52,477 nucleotides of DNA from the NCBI GenBank assembly GCA_043799175.1, contig JAZDOA010000083.1, forward strand, positions 1-52,477, written 5' to 3'. The notes under the pieces were generated by a model, which saw only the letters and a list, made by a program, of their open reading frames with translations, had not been told where the DNA came from and did no database searches. A program made the position numbers and the translations under genes. Source of the stretch: Pseudomonadota bacterium. GTDB lineage: Bacteria > Desulfobacterota > JAZDOA01. Shown piece by piece: positions 52,329-52,477 of the stretch. Position 1 is the first letter of the stretch. Every line of letters starts with the position of its first letter.

Positions 52329-52477
52329 GTGGCAGGGGGCGGCAGGGCCGCCAGCCAGACTTCGGCGCCCATGACCCGTGGTAAAGACCGGCCGGGCTAC
52401 CGGGGCGCCGGGACAAAACCTGGCGGCGTTGCCGACAGGTCCATGGTGGCAGGCCGCCCTCTCTTCAGCGTGGAATG
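52329..52477. repeat. Repeat B followed by the start of repeat A, running off the window
   Basis: GGTGGCAGGGGGCGGCAGGGCCGCCAGCC...GGTAAAGACCGG...CCTGGCGGCGTTGCCGACAGG...GCAGGCCGCCCTCTCTTCAGCGTGGAATG. Confidence 0.8.

Overview
High-GC bacterial chromosomal window; only the rRNA operon is AT-richer. Gene content suggests an anaerobe of the Desulfobacterota/deltaproteobacterial kind, but that is inference only. Order of content: the 3' end of an rRNA operon (16S tail, tRNA-Ile, tRNA-Ala, 23S, 5S, terminator); a GAF hybrid histidine kinase; a minus-strand haem operon (radical-SAM/SPASM gene, hemE, hemH, hemY); a four-gene cytoplasmic [NiFe] hydrogenase operon that looks like group 3b; a six-haem c-type cytochrome with OmcS-like motifs; a minus-strand exopolysaccharide export cluster (Wza-like, Wzz-like, Wzi-like, initiating sugar transferase); glgC. 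Then comes the most interesting block, a compact bacterial microcompartment (BMC) locus: RpiR/SIS regulator, two BMC-T, one BMC-H, three BMC-P, a CoA-acylating aldehyde dehydrogenase and a class II aldolase. Both enzymes carry encapsulation-peptide-like helices. No phosphotransacylase, alcohol dehydrogenase or kinase is in the locus. Housekeeping genes follow: a radical SAM/DUF2344 fusion, RNase G/E, purA, rubrerythrin, two tRNA-Ser, a split transketolase with a frameshifted C-terminal half, ftsEX-envC-ctpA-yibQ, and an MBL hydrolase. A dense family of structured intergenic repeats is superimposed on all this. It includes a 3 x 92 bp tandem array inside the BMC operon, and one repeat copy supplies the C-terminal tail and stop codon of the BMC-H gene. 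No transposase, integrase, CRISPR array or phage genes were seen. All homology calls come from motif recognition by eye, not from searches.
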